The position numbers and the translations under genes were made by a program. The notes beneath the pieces are model-generated. The model was not told the origin of the DNA, ran no database searches, and worked only from the letters and a program-made list of their open reading frames with translations. From the NCBI GenBank assembly GCA_000320545.1, contig ADNK01001384.1, forward strand, positions 1-64,000: a stretch of DNA of 64,000 nucleotides. The letters run 5' to 3'. The DNA comes from Bigelowiella natans CCMP2755. Lineage: Eukaryota; Protista; Cercozoa. Shown here piece by piece: positions 53,041 to 64,000 of the stretch (positions are counted from its first letter, which is position 1; each line of letters opens with the position of its first letter).

Positions 53041-54490
53041 ATATTTTTATATGCAGGAGATCGAGGACACGTCTTGTCCTAGATTGCGTTGACTATGCAA
53101 TATATCTGATGGTGGTTATCATCATCATCATCATCATCATCATCATTATCATCATTATCATATATTTCAGGAGACGTTTGATTCACGATATCGTAAACTA
53201 AAGCGCGAGCTTCACCGCCGGAAGAAGACCCTGCATAAGCTGCAAGAAGCGACGCAAAAGTCTGAAAAAGAGCTGGAGACGGCCCAAGAGGAAGTCAATT
53301 CGCTGAGGGAAGAGATTGTGACAGAGACCAATAATTTTAGGCAGCAACAGTTGGAGATTACGAGGTGATAATGCTAATAATGCAACTGAAGTAAGAAGCA
53401 GGCGGTGGAGGAAAGTGGTGTTTGCTAGTTGATACAACGTTCAAAAAGGTTTGGGGGGGGGGCAAGGGTCGTCGCCATCAGTGATTGCGACAGTCTACAC
53501 GCCACTTCTTTATATATTGGCTACCGATGTTTGTCCTAACAATCCTTGATAATATTGCACAGGGCTACGAAGTCCGCTGCCCCTCCCAAACGCCCCCCCT
53601 CCTCCTCCTCCTCCTCCTCCTCCTCCTCATCGTCCTCCTCTTCCTCCTCGACGGCCAAGTCGTACGAGGAGGCGTTCAAAGCGGTGCTGCTTCAATCAGG
53701 GTGGGCCGACCTCAACAGCTTAATCAAGGCCTTCATCGCCAACGAAGACAGCAACTACAACACCAGCCGGATGACGAAGGAGCTAGAGCAGGTGCGCGTG
53801 CAAGTAGCGCATTACGAGCAACACAGCTCCGCATCTGAAGTCGCAGTGGCGAAGCAGCAGCAGATTATCTCCGACCTCGATCAGAGGCTGACGAAGACCA
53901 ACACCGTTACCCAAACCTATCGAAAACGCTACGACAAGGCCTTGGGGGTCGTCGGAGTCCTCAAGAAAGGCATTCGTGAGATCTTCGACCTCATGGACTG
54001 TGAGGAGCCTATCCAGAAGGGGGGGGGGGCGGGGGGCTACGACAACGACGATAACGACACGAAGCTGAGGGGTACTGGCGGAAGTGATAGTAGCCGCGGC
54101 AGCAGCCGTCGTTACGATGTAGTCGGTGAAGTGACAGAGGCCAACATGGGGCGCTATCTTGCGGCCATAGAAGAGCGGACCAATGAACTGCTCGCCAACT
54201 TTGATGATGAGAAAGATGAACATGACGAGGAGGAGGAGGACGACGACGAAAAGGGAGACGACGAAGGGGCTGATGGGAAAGACGAGGAGGGGGATGATGA
54301 TGAGGATCATGATCATAATCGCGATGACGGTAACGATGATGATGACAAAAATGATGGCATAAGGAGGATTGAGAATCACAAAAAGGACTGCAGTGATGAC
54401 GATGATGACAACGACGATGGAGGCCTTTTGGACGTGATGCCCTTGTCACTCGATGAGCTCAGAGCGAGGATAGCGGCAAAAATGAACTGA
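52208..54490 (+). CDS. ODAD1: Outer dynein arm docking complex subunit (ODAD1/CCDC114/DC2 family); multi-exon
   Basis: VRLLENRLSKAVMRLAETNNHNRILRSKFDHFRREK, SYEEAFK...LNSLIKAFIANEDSNY and VTEANMGRYLAAIEERTNELL match family motifs; acidic tail. Confidence 0.8.
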
Positions 54491-55269
54491 TTTGAGTATT
54501 CGCTGACTGCTCTCTGAGCAGTATGTAGTCATTGGTCGCTGAGAGACTAAGCTCCTTTGGTGGACGATAGATTAGCGACACGCTCTTGTATGCATTATGT
54601 GCATCATTTAATCAATAGTAGATATTATTTATGTAGATATTTCTGATCGCCAGCACATCATATGTCATTCGAACAACGATGGAGGCAGGCAGTATAAGTA
54701 AACTAGTAAACACTACACCAACAGAGATTGCAGCTGCTGTATTTAATGGATCTTCATTCTCGCTAGTGCACCGCTACACATATGTATAAGTATACTGCAT
54801 TTTCAATGAAGAAGCGTATCAACGTGTATACCCCCTATTTACTGCTACATGCATACACATGTTAGATCGGCCTGTATAGCAACCGACTAAGGCAATGCTA
54901 AAATGGCAAGGTGCACTAGAAGGTGTAATGCGATCATAACCATAATTAACAAAGAAGATACTATTAAAGCCAAGCTACATGCGTATAAACACGCTGACCT
55001 GCGACGCCCAGGTATGCGGTGCTTTCTCGCGTCACATGTCTGGAATCAGCAAATGAAAGATCGCGCAGCAATTGAATAATGTATTATTGCATAGAATGCA
55101 GCTGTCCAGCATCGACATGCATATGCATAGGTGCGCGCCGGGGAGACTATGTACGTACATGTATAGCTTTAGTCTGGCTAGAGGCAGAGCAAGAGAAACG
55201 AAATGCATATCTTATATGCACAATAGAATGCTAGCTTCATTTTATGCTTCAGTTGAGGGTCTGAGGGTG

Positions 55270-58191
55270 CTAATACAACCCAAATCCTTCCGCGTATTCC
55301 AGCGTCAAGAGCAGCTTCTCTCGCAGCTTCTCGTAGGTCTTGTACTGTGGTAGTATCAGGGTGTTGAAGCACGTATGAGCCGAGGGAAGGTTGGCCTCGT
55401 TATTGCCGCCACTTTGAATGATCATCTTGAGGCCGGACACGCCGCTGATTGGAACTCGGTCGCTCCCCGTGACGAAGGTTAAAAGCCGTTTCTTCTGCTC
55501 TTGCGACAGGGTCCGGAAGCACTGCCAGAAAAATTGCACGACGGGAGTCTGAGTAGCAATGTTTGGCTTTGTTCCATTCCTTGTTGCTGACGATGATGAT
55601 GGTGACGACGGCGATGGTGATGATGATATCAACGCAGCTGGCCGTGCAGCTCCTACCCCTCCTCCTCTTGATAATAAGGATGATGGGGAGGTGGGCGATA
55701 AGACAAGGTCGCTTGGCCTCATCCCTCGCATTGGTGGTTCCTGTTGTTTGATGTCGGTGTGCTTTCCTTCACCACTTTCACCACTGTTGGAGACGTGGTT
55801 ATTATGCCTCGGCCCCGTCGTCGTCGTCGTCGTCGTGGCCGCTTCTGTTGTTGTTGTGGTTGGTGTTGGCGTTGTTTCGAATCCCTCGTAGCTCACCGAA
55901 TCCTCCAGGCCGTCGAGGTCGGCTTCAGGGCTGCCGCAAATGAGGCACTCGAGCTCCTGTGGTGTCATCAGCGACAGAGCCTTTGCCTTGTAGCCCTCCC
56001 GCCTCCCGATGACGCGCAGAAATCCTTTCTGAAACGCCCGGAACGGCGCCTCGATCGACCGGTTCAGGATCCAATCCGCATATTTCTCCACGTACTCGCG
56101 CCGATTCGCCTTGGTGACCGCAATATCGCTCCCGCCCTCGACGAGAGGGATGCTCCGGGGCCCCCCGTTGAGCGTCGCTGCTCTCCTGTCCGTCACCTCG
56201 AAGTACAGGCCCAGGCCCTCCACAAGGCTGGCGTCGTCGTAATCGAGCAGCTTGGAGAGATTGCTGGCGAGTTCGGGGAAGCTGTGACTCAGCTCCCTGA
56301 GCCCTACTCGTTCCCCAAGCAGCTTTGCGTAGATTGCTCGCGGAAAGCGCATGTCTAGGATGACCTGGTTGTAGATCGCCAGGCCGAGCACCATGCCGAC
56401 GACCGAGTACTCCCATTCCCGTCCCTCGAGCTCTTTCCCCTCCTGCAACTGAAGCGTTTGGAACCAATGGATGCTGCTGCTGCTGCTGCTGCTTCTCTGC
56501 GTATTAGTACTATTTTTAGTCGTAGTAGTAGTAGTAGAATCTTTATTATCGATGCTGCTGCTCTTGTCTCCGCTTCTGCTGGCAAAGGAGGTAGTCGTTG
56601 TTTTTACGGTGTTGTAGTTCTCATCATAACAGGTGAAAAGTCCCTGCTCAGGGGCCAGAAGGCGCCTCGTGAGCAGCTGGAAGAATTCCTTCGTCACACC
56701 ACCAGCATCTAGCGCGTACTCCCCATAGAACATCACCTTTAAGGCCTTCTTCAGGTCGTCCTGATGCTCCATCAGCTGCTGCACCGTGTCCTCGATGATG
56801 TGACTACGGCGAACGACGAGGACAAGATAGGGCATGGGCGGGGTGAGGCTGATGTAGGAGCGCAGCATCGCCCTCTCCAGGTGCTGCTGCTGCTCGATCA
56901 TGGCCTCGAATTTGATGATCTTGGCCTTGGAGGCCGCGTCCAGAATGAAGGGGAAGGAGCAGAAGCTGAACTGGTTGGGCCAAACCTTTGGATATTCCAC
57001 GATATGCAGCCAGATGTAGTAGTGGAGCTTCAGATCGATCACCACGTTATCATCGATCTCGTTGTCCCCGCCGTCGTGAAGCAATGATTGTGCCCGGTGC
57101 CTGCTGTTGCTGCCGCCACTGCTTTTGTTGATAACGGGGTTGTAAAAGCGCTCAGGGCTCACCCCAAACACCACACCGCTCCTTCCTCTGCTGCCTCTTG
57201 CAGCTAATGACGAGTCCCACTCCGAAAGTATGTGCTGGTTTGCTTCATAGATCACCTGCATGGCTTTTGTCGCTTGCTTGACGATTGGCCTGATGAGCCT
57301 GCTCTTTCTGCTCCTAGTGACAGCTGTTGATGAAGGCGTCTCCGTGGCGCCCCCCCCCCTCCTCCTCCTTTTCATTAACCTCCAACTAGCCTTGCTAGTA
57401 CTACCTCGAAGCAACGTGTCTGATATTACGTGTTGGATGTACTGAATCGCTTTCTCCATCATTTCCCTTGGCCATCCCTGCAGCGCGCAGCGCACATGTA
57501 GCCGCACGGTGTCGTCAAGATCACCAGCTTGCAAGAAGAATATCTCACTTACTGCCTCGACTAATTCGTCGACATTGTCAACATTATCATCGCCATTATT
57601 GGTAATGGAGGACTGTGAGGAGGAAGAGGAGTTGTTTGTCTTTTCCTGGATTATAAACTGACTTTTCCCCTCCTCCTCCTCCTCCTCCTCCTTCTCCTTA
57701 TCTTGCTGCTGCCGCTCAGAGTCATGATGATAAAGAGCGAGAAAAAGCATCGTCTTCAGCAGGCAAGATGCGACGTTTTCAGGGCTAGCCCACGGCTGCC
57801 TAGAAGGGTTTTCGAACGGCGAGTTCCACTCGACAGGGGACGCGAGCACCTTTTTTTTTTGGCACAAGGAACACAAGCAACACACATCCGCTCTTTCATT
57901 AAAAACGCTCCTAGTCTCCCATATAATTTCAAACGAGTTTACTATTTTAGCGCCTTGGTCACAAAAATCTAGAAAGCAATGAAGAAATGGGGTGGCAGGA
58001 CAATATCAGGGAGAAATGCGCCAGGAAGAGGGGAGGGGCGAGGGGGTTAGAGGTCAACCTTAAGCATTTCTCTGAGTGCTTTAAACATTGTAATCTCTTG
58101 TTTTTCTTCTTTACATAATCTCATGGTTGATTCTACACGTTCGAAATCGATTAATATTGGAGCGGTAGCCGTAGGAGAAGTGCAACTCGAA

Positions 58192-58223
<32 letters not shown>

Positions 58224-58787
58224 TGAGAGAGAACGAGCGTGGGCTCTTTTCTTCGTAGCTGTCGAATTTCTTCTTGCCTCCGTTGTACTTTTTGGATTTT
58301 TAGACGATGTGAGTGCTATGGGGTCTCTTCCTTGATTTATCGTTTCGATGCTCTCGGACATATTTCCCCTGTTCTTTGCATCCACCCCGTCACGCTCGCC
58401 CCCCTTCCTCTCCTTCTTCTCGTCTTCCCGACTTTCGTGGCAGTCTAGGAATGGTATACAAAATGCACGACCAAAAGAGAGAGGGTCGCTGAAGGTCTTC
58501 CACAAAGGGCCTGCTCCCTTCCCTCCCTGTTGTTTCCCCTCCCCCACATTCTCCATACTCTTGCACTTCGAATTAGTGTCCCCGTGGGCATTAGGAATGT
58601 CCGTCTTGAAAGATCGTCCCGCCATCGTCTTATGCAGTATGTGCAAGGTCGGCGAGTCCAGAATCGAGCTCTCTCCTCCGTGCGAAACCTTCTGGCGCTT
58701 GTTCTTGTTGTTGTCGCTGCTGCTGATGCCTAAAGTGCGCTTGCATCCGGCACCGTCGGATTTATTCTTAGCTTGGGGATCGTCCAT
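55270..58787 (-). CDS. HECT-domain E3 ubiquitin ligase (HERC/UBE3A-like); exon 1 ~58787-58059, exon 2 ~57849-55270
   Basis: FSFCSFPFILD, LVVRRSHIIED, DLKKALKVMFYGEYALDAGGVTKEFF, LLTFVTGSDRVP, LPSAHTCFNTLILPQY...EGFGL. Confidence 0.93.
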
Positions 58788-59048
58788 CGAGCGAAGCAGA
58801 GGGGGGAGCAAGTGCACTCCCCGTGGCGATCAGCGAACGATCAGCGTCAGCAGCACAGCGGGGTAGGGCTACTCGTATGTGATGTGGATCTTGAAATTCG
58901 ATACGAGTGTTACTGATTGTGAGGACTTCATTTGGGTTGTCGCAGGAGTAAAACGACATGTATTTATTAGGTTGTCGCGGGTATAAAATAGCATGTATTG
59001 TTGTATCATTGTCGCCTCTCACCTCCCTTCCCCCCGGCCCGATCGACG

Positions 59049-60099
59049 ATGTGGAGGCTGCAGCAGCAGGGCCTGGGGCGGTGCTACGCCTCAATTCTGA
59101 GAGGAATGTCCACCCGGAACCGGTGGCCACGTGCGGCAACGCAGCCCTGTTTGCCCATGGCAACGAAGAGACGTGGATTCGTCGTCCCCGCTAGCGCCTC
59201 GTCGTTCGCATCATCTGTGAGCGAGGCGACCAAAAGAGATGTTCCCCCGCCGAGTATTTTCAACGATGTTCTGGGTCCGGTTATGCGAGGACCGTCGTCT
59301 TCGCACTCGGCTGCGGCATTGAGGATTGGGAGGATTGTGAAGATGCTTCTGGAGGACGGGCTCTCTCATCATCCACATTCAACTGCTGGCGGAGATACTG
59401 CAGGTGCTGCTCTACAGGAGAAAAATGCAACTGCAGAGGGAACGACGAGGCCACCGCGGGTAAAGCTTCTGGTTGAGTACGATCCGAACGGCTCACTCGT
59501 CACCACACATGACGGGCAAGGGTCAGATATGGGGCTCCTGGGGGGGCTAATGGGATGGGAGGCAGATGATTCTCGACTGACAAACTTCAAGGAAGAGGCT
59601 GCGAAGGCTGGTCTCGAGATGGAGGTGCGCTACCTCAGCTACGGCGCTCAGCATCCGAATACGTATAGAATGACCGCCACCTCAGATAATGGGAGTAGGG
59701 TCGAGGCGACAGCCATCTCAACCGGGGGGGGCATAATAGAATTTCTTCAAGTAGACGGGTTCCCCGTTACCTTTCGTGGCGACCGCGAGGAGCTTTTGGT
59801 ATGGATGGAGGAGCGCCCAGAATGCGAGGAAAAGAAGGAGAACAGGAAAAGGAATGATAAGCATGCCGAGGAAGAAGGAAAGGTCTCCGATTTCATCGAA
59901 AGAGCGTTGGAAGAGAGCAATAGGAAGAATATCGATACCTTTGCCACGGTTTACGAGATGGAGGGCAACACGGCAGCACCATCAGGCAGCAAAAAACTCT
60001 TACTCCAAGTCTCTTCTTCGTCCGAAACCGTCATCAAAAGTATTCTAGAAAAGCTCCGGTGTGACCACCGTGATAGGAGCTCTGCATCCTCTTCAAACG

Positions 60100-60132
<33 letters not shown>

Positions 60133-61148
60133 ACATCCTAATCAAAAAGGTGGCCGCCATTCGCCCTGTTCTACCGGTGAAAGACCCTGGAAGACAGGGG
60201 CGTCTGGTACCCTTCCTGAACGTAGCGGAAATGGAACAATACGCCGAGGATCACGACAACATGCCTCTCTGGCAGCTCGGCGCCCGCTACGAAAGCGCCC
60301 GGGGCAACATGAGCGAGGACGAAGTGCTCGACGCCATGCTAAGGACCGCTTCGATAATGAGGGGTAGCGTTGAGGAGGGACTGGCAGGGACCTCATACTC
60401 CGACAGAATCTTGCCCTGCCAGAGCTCGAGCCTAGCGCGTGCCATGAACCAGGGCCAAGTGATCCCCGGCGACGTGCTGAACAAGGTGATTTTGTACGTC
60501 ACAGCCATCATGGAGGTCAAGAGCTCGATGGGGGTCATTGTCGCAGCTCCGACTGCGGGCTCCTGCGGTGCGTGCCCTGGCACCATTCTCGCCGTCGCCG
60601 AGCAGCTGGGAAAGGACGAGGTAGAGGTCGCACGCGCCCTCCTCGTGGCAGGCATCGTCGGGGTGATGATCGCGAAGCATGCCACCTTCGCGGCAGAGAT
60701 GGGAGGGTGCATGGCTGAATGTGGAGCAGGGTCCGGTATGGCAGCAGCTGCAATCACAACCATGGCTGGAGGGGACACGAAGCAGGCCCTCGGCGCAGCG
60801 TCGCTTGCGTTGCAGAACTCGTTTGGAATGACCTGCGACCCCATCGCCAACCGCGTGGAGGCACCTTGCCTCGGCAAGAATGTCATGGCCGCGACGAACT
60901 CGATATCGTGTTCCAACATGGCCATGGCAGGCTACCGACACCTCATCCCGTTGGATGAAGTTCTGGTCGCGATGAAGGCGGTGGGCGAGCAGCTGCCACA
61001 TGAGCTGAGGTGTACAGGAAAGGGGGGCATCAGCGCAACCCCTACCGCTCGAGCAATCGAAGCAAAACTGAAAAATAATGATAACGGCTCGAATGGGGAT
61101 GATAGAGGGGCAAGACCTACTCCGGGAGGGAGCAAAATACAATGCTGA
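59049..61148 (+). CDS. sdaA: Bacterial-type [4Fe-4S] L-serine dehydratase, beta+alpha fused, with mitochondrial-type presequence; apparently intronless
   Basis: SIFNDVLGPVMRGPSSSHSAAALRIG, AISTGGG, IVAAPTAGSCG, GGCMAECG, GMTCDPIANRVEAPCLGKN, LRCTGKGG; N-terminus MWRLQQQGLGRCYASILRGMSTR. Confidence 0.93.
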
Positions 61149-61584
61149 TGATCTGTCAATCTAGCAATGCTGAAGTCTTTCGTCATGATTGCAGCGCAGC
61201 TCTCTGATTGCAAGACGGATGTAATGAATCAAATTAAATTTGTTCAATGGTCACCCTAATGTAGCTGTGCAAAGCAGCGGCTACGTGTGTGATGTGTAAG
61301 TTAATAAATTAACCAGATCACATGACCGTCAATGGCGAGTGCAGTGTGCGAGGCACACCTCGCAAAGCGATGCGACCATGTTGTGCGACAGCAATGTGGA
61401 TTCTGCGAAAGTGCACGCAGTTATCTAGCTAGCTAGTAATGATGCACGGCAGCAATGCTAGAATGACCCTTTTTGAGGCTAAGCAATGATAGCAACCCAC
61501 ATGTGAATGCATATCAACCGAAAGAATATCATAGAGAATGTTAATATGCAGCGCGCTATGCTGCTGTCTATAGCTGATAGCATG

Positions 61585-61658
<74 letters not shown>

Positions 61659-61919
61659 ATTTGTATGTGTTTAGAAGATGTTTTCAAGGCGGCTTTGCAA
61701 ACGGCGATGGAATCCTGCTCCTTACACTTATGCATTCCCGCTTGTAGTAACAAATACATATCTACCATACAAATCATTGCCATTACACTATCGTCAGCGG
61801 TTATACATGCCATGATGTCATATCCCCTTAGCTCACGAGATATTGCTCTCATACGAATGTCGTTACCCTACCTCGGGTTCTCTGCAACAGTTGTCGCATC
61901 TTTTCGACTTAGATGTCGC

Positions 61920-63108
61920 TCACATCAGGTCACCGCTTCCCGAGTAGAGCTTCAGGCGCGCTTTATGCTCCTCGAGGGTGATGAGTTCCTGCTGATCCAT
62001 CTTCAAAATGCCATCCAGCTTTCCTTCCTCCTCAAGCTGATGATGCGATGGAGGGGGAGGAGCAGGAGTGTCGTTTAAGTAGAGGACAAAACAGTATTAG
62101 AAGAGGAGAGCATCTCGTCTCCATGAAGGCTAGCAGTGGATAGACAAACAATCAAAAGCAGGACCTTGAGCAACTTGTCGTAGTCACCGAGGTACTCGTC
62201 GTCGATAATCACAATTGGCAGCTTTCGGGTTCCAGCTTTAGCAAACACTGCTTCCCTGTCCTTTCGATCCATGATGTCCACTGGGATCCACGGAACGAAG
62301 TCCTTCCTCAAATGAATATTCTTCGATGTCAACAGCGTCTGAGAACAGGGGGGTAGGGTTCAATAAGGAGGGGAGTTCAGGTGAAAATCGAGCGACAGAT
62401 GAAGTCTACGGGGAAAATAAAACTGCTCATCCTTTAGACTAGTTTTTGCTGGAATGATACGTCAGGATCTTAATAAGTACGTGGTGGCTGCACACATATC
62501 ATGTTCATTTCATCATCATCATCATCATCATCATCACCCGGACAAACGATAACCTTGGTGTTGTTGATGTCGCTCCGCTGCTTGAGATTGCCAGATGTCG
62601 TGGAGAAGAAGCAAAAGACCTTGCCCTCACCTTTTCATTGGATGATCGAGCCAACCAACCAACCACGGAGGAGGAGGAGCAACAAGACGACGAGGATGAT
62701 GTCGACAAATGTATGGCGGAGGATCAGATGATGATGAGATGTCGACAAATGTATGGCGGAGGATCAGATGATGATGAGATGGGATTAATTCATAAGTATT
62801 AGATAGACAATCAAAACGGCAATCCTTTCTCAGATTAGAGTTTTTCTGAAAATAATTTTCGCCTGCGGCTTCATTACAACCAATAGAGCTGGAGGCTGCT
62901 GCTGCTGCTACTGCATGGTAGGTGGTTGATTATGAGCATGCTACCTCCGATGGAGAGATCTTCTTCGACTACAACCGTAAACACAGACCCGGGAACATGC
63001 TGATAATTTGTTCGTGTGTGCGTGTGTGTGTGGGGAGGGGGGGGGGAGGGGGGGTACGTGTGCATGTGCGATGTTCCTTGACCGCAAATCATTTCTTGAT
63101 CGCTGTTC

Positions 63109-63143
<35 letters not shown>

Positions 63144-63470
63144 GTCATCACCATCATCATAACCATTGAAAACTCGGTAGCAGCACCAGCCCCATCCACT
63201 ACCTTATCGTCAAGAGTGACGTGAACCTTGTACACGCCAGCCTTTTGTGGCACGTATGAAACAGCCAGCTTTTCGTACCCTGCGGGAGATTCGGCCTGCA
63301 ACGCCATGCATTGAAGCAGATGAGAGGAGAGGGAGGAGGAGGAGGAGGAGGAGGAGAAACACATTGTGGTTTTGACCGTTTCACCTTCCCCCCCTCTTTC
63401 GCTTGCTATATTCTAAAGGGAAAGAGGTCGTCGAGGCACCTAAAGCCCCCCCTACCTAACACCACTACTG

Positions 63471-63514
<44 letters not shown>

Positions 63515-63665
63515 TATCATATTACCTTTGTGATGTCGCAGGAGACCTCCTTGCCATCCTCGTTGAGGACCTTGATCTGAGACGTGAATAGCAGATAAAG
63601 AGCAGGAGCAGGAGGAGGAGGAGGAGGAGGAGAAGAAAGCATAGAATTTAGCGTGCGCGCGCACC

Positions 63666-63703
<38 letters not shown>

Positions 63704-63947
63704 TTAATAACCACATTGCAACAAGAAGAACAAACCGCAATTCACACCTTGATTTCTCCCTTAGCGTCAGTTGGCCTCTCAACAAAGAAAGGTGCTTTCG
63801 TTTCTTTGATGCCTGAAGAGGGGGAGGGGGTGGAGGGGGATTCACCTAGAGAACTTGCACACTCTGAAATCCTTGGTAGGTGTCGATGCATCAACAAGGT
63901 GTTATCGTATTACAATTAAACAAACAACAAACGAATCGCCACTCCAT
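61920..63947 (-). CDS. Filamin-type Ig repeat fused to an SH3BGR/glutaredoxin-like domain; multi-exon
   Basis: Spliced: MEISECASSL|GIKETKAPFFVERP...|IKVLNEDGKEV...|LAVSYVPQKAGVYKVHVTLDDK|HVPGSVFTVVV...|KVFCFFSTTSGNLKQRSD...|REAVFAKAGTRKLPIVIIDDEYLGDYDKLLK|LEEEGKLDGILK...*. Confidence 0.8.
62698..62781 (+). repeat. Perfect tandem duplication of a 40-bp unit in an intron
   Basis: GATGTCGACAAATGTATGGCGGAGGATCAGATGATGATGA repeated twice. Confidence 0.9.
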
Positions 63948-64000
63948 GGCAACACCATAGGAGAAGAACTAACTGACACTCGTCGTTACAGACAAAAGGC

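Noticed and set aside
58768-59163. 131-aa minus ORF that might be an extra HECT (RCC1-like) exon
   Set aside because: It overlaps the sdaA start, is out of frame with the HECT first exon and has no convincing repeat motif.
60287-61142. Long antisense ORFs over sdaA (and similar ones over the HECT and PPR genes)
   Set aside because: Shadow ORFs expected from GC-rich codon usage.
62698-62781. 40-bp direct repeat as a CRISPR-like array
   Set aside because: Two adjacent copies with no spacer in a eukaryotic intron: a simple tandem duplication.

Overview
Gene-dense eukaryotic nuclear DNA from an intron-rich, microsatellite-laden protist. An outer-dynein-arm docking gene indicates a flagellated organism. 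Several N-termini look like signal peptide plus transit peptide, which suggests an alga with a complex plastid such as a chlorarachniophyte (inference only). I reconstructed about 17 host genes by hand, mostly spliced and largely missed by the ORF track: GH42 beta-galactosidase, HD-like hydrolase, MAP65/Ase1/PRC1, stefin-type cystatin, PPR protein, tandem DUF442/Blh protein, TRAFAC-like GTPase, USP, PRMT7-like, Trm11-like, ODAD1/DC2, HECT E3 ligase, bacterial-type Fe-S L-serine dehydratase, a filamin+SH3BGR fusion and three unknown genes. The centrepiece is an intact, very young Ty3/Gypsy LTR retrotransposon at 8800-14515, with identical 326-bp LTRs, a 4-bp TSD (GCAC) and one 1657-aa gag-pol ORF. 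Its integrase is compact (DD27E), contains an exact internal copy of the 3' polypurine tract, and ends in a domain that by eye matches the DIRS/phage-type Dam (N6-adenine methyltransferase) fold with degenerate catalytic motifs. The element sits inside one of four sharply TpA-depleted, CTAG-sparing islands, and these islands coincide with all four head-to-tail intergenic spacers in the window. Exon boundaries and counts were made by eye and need RNA-seq or HMM confirmation.
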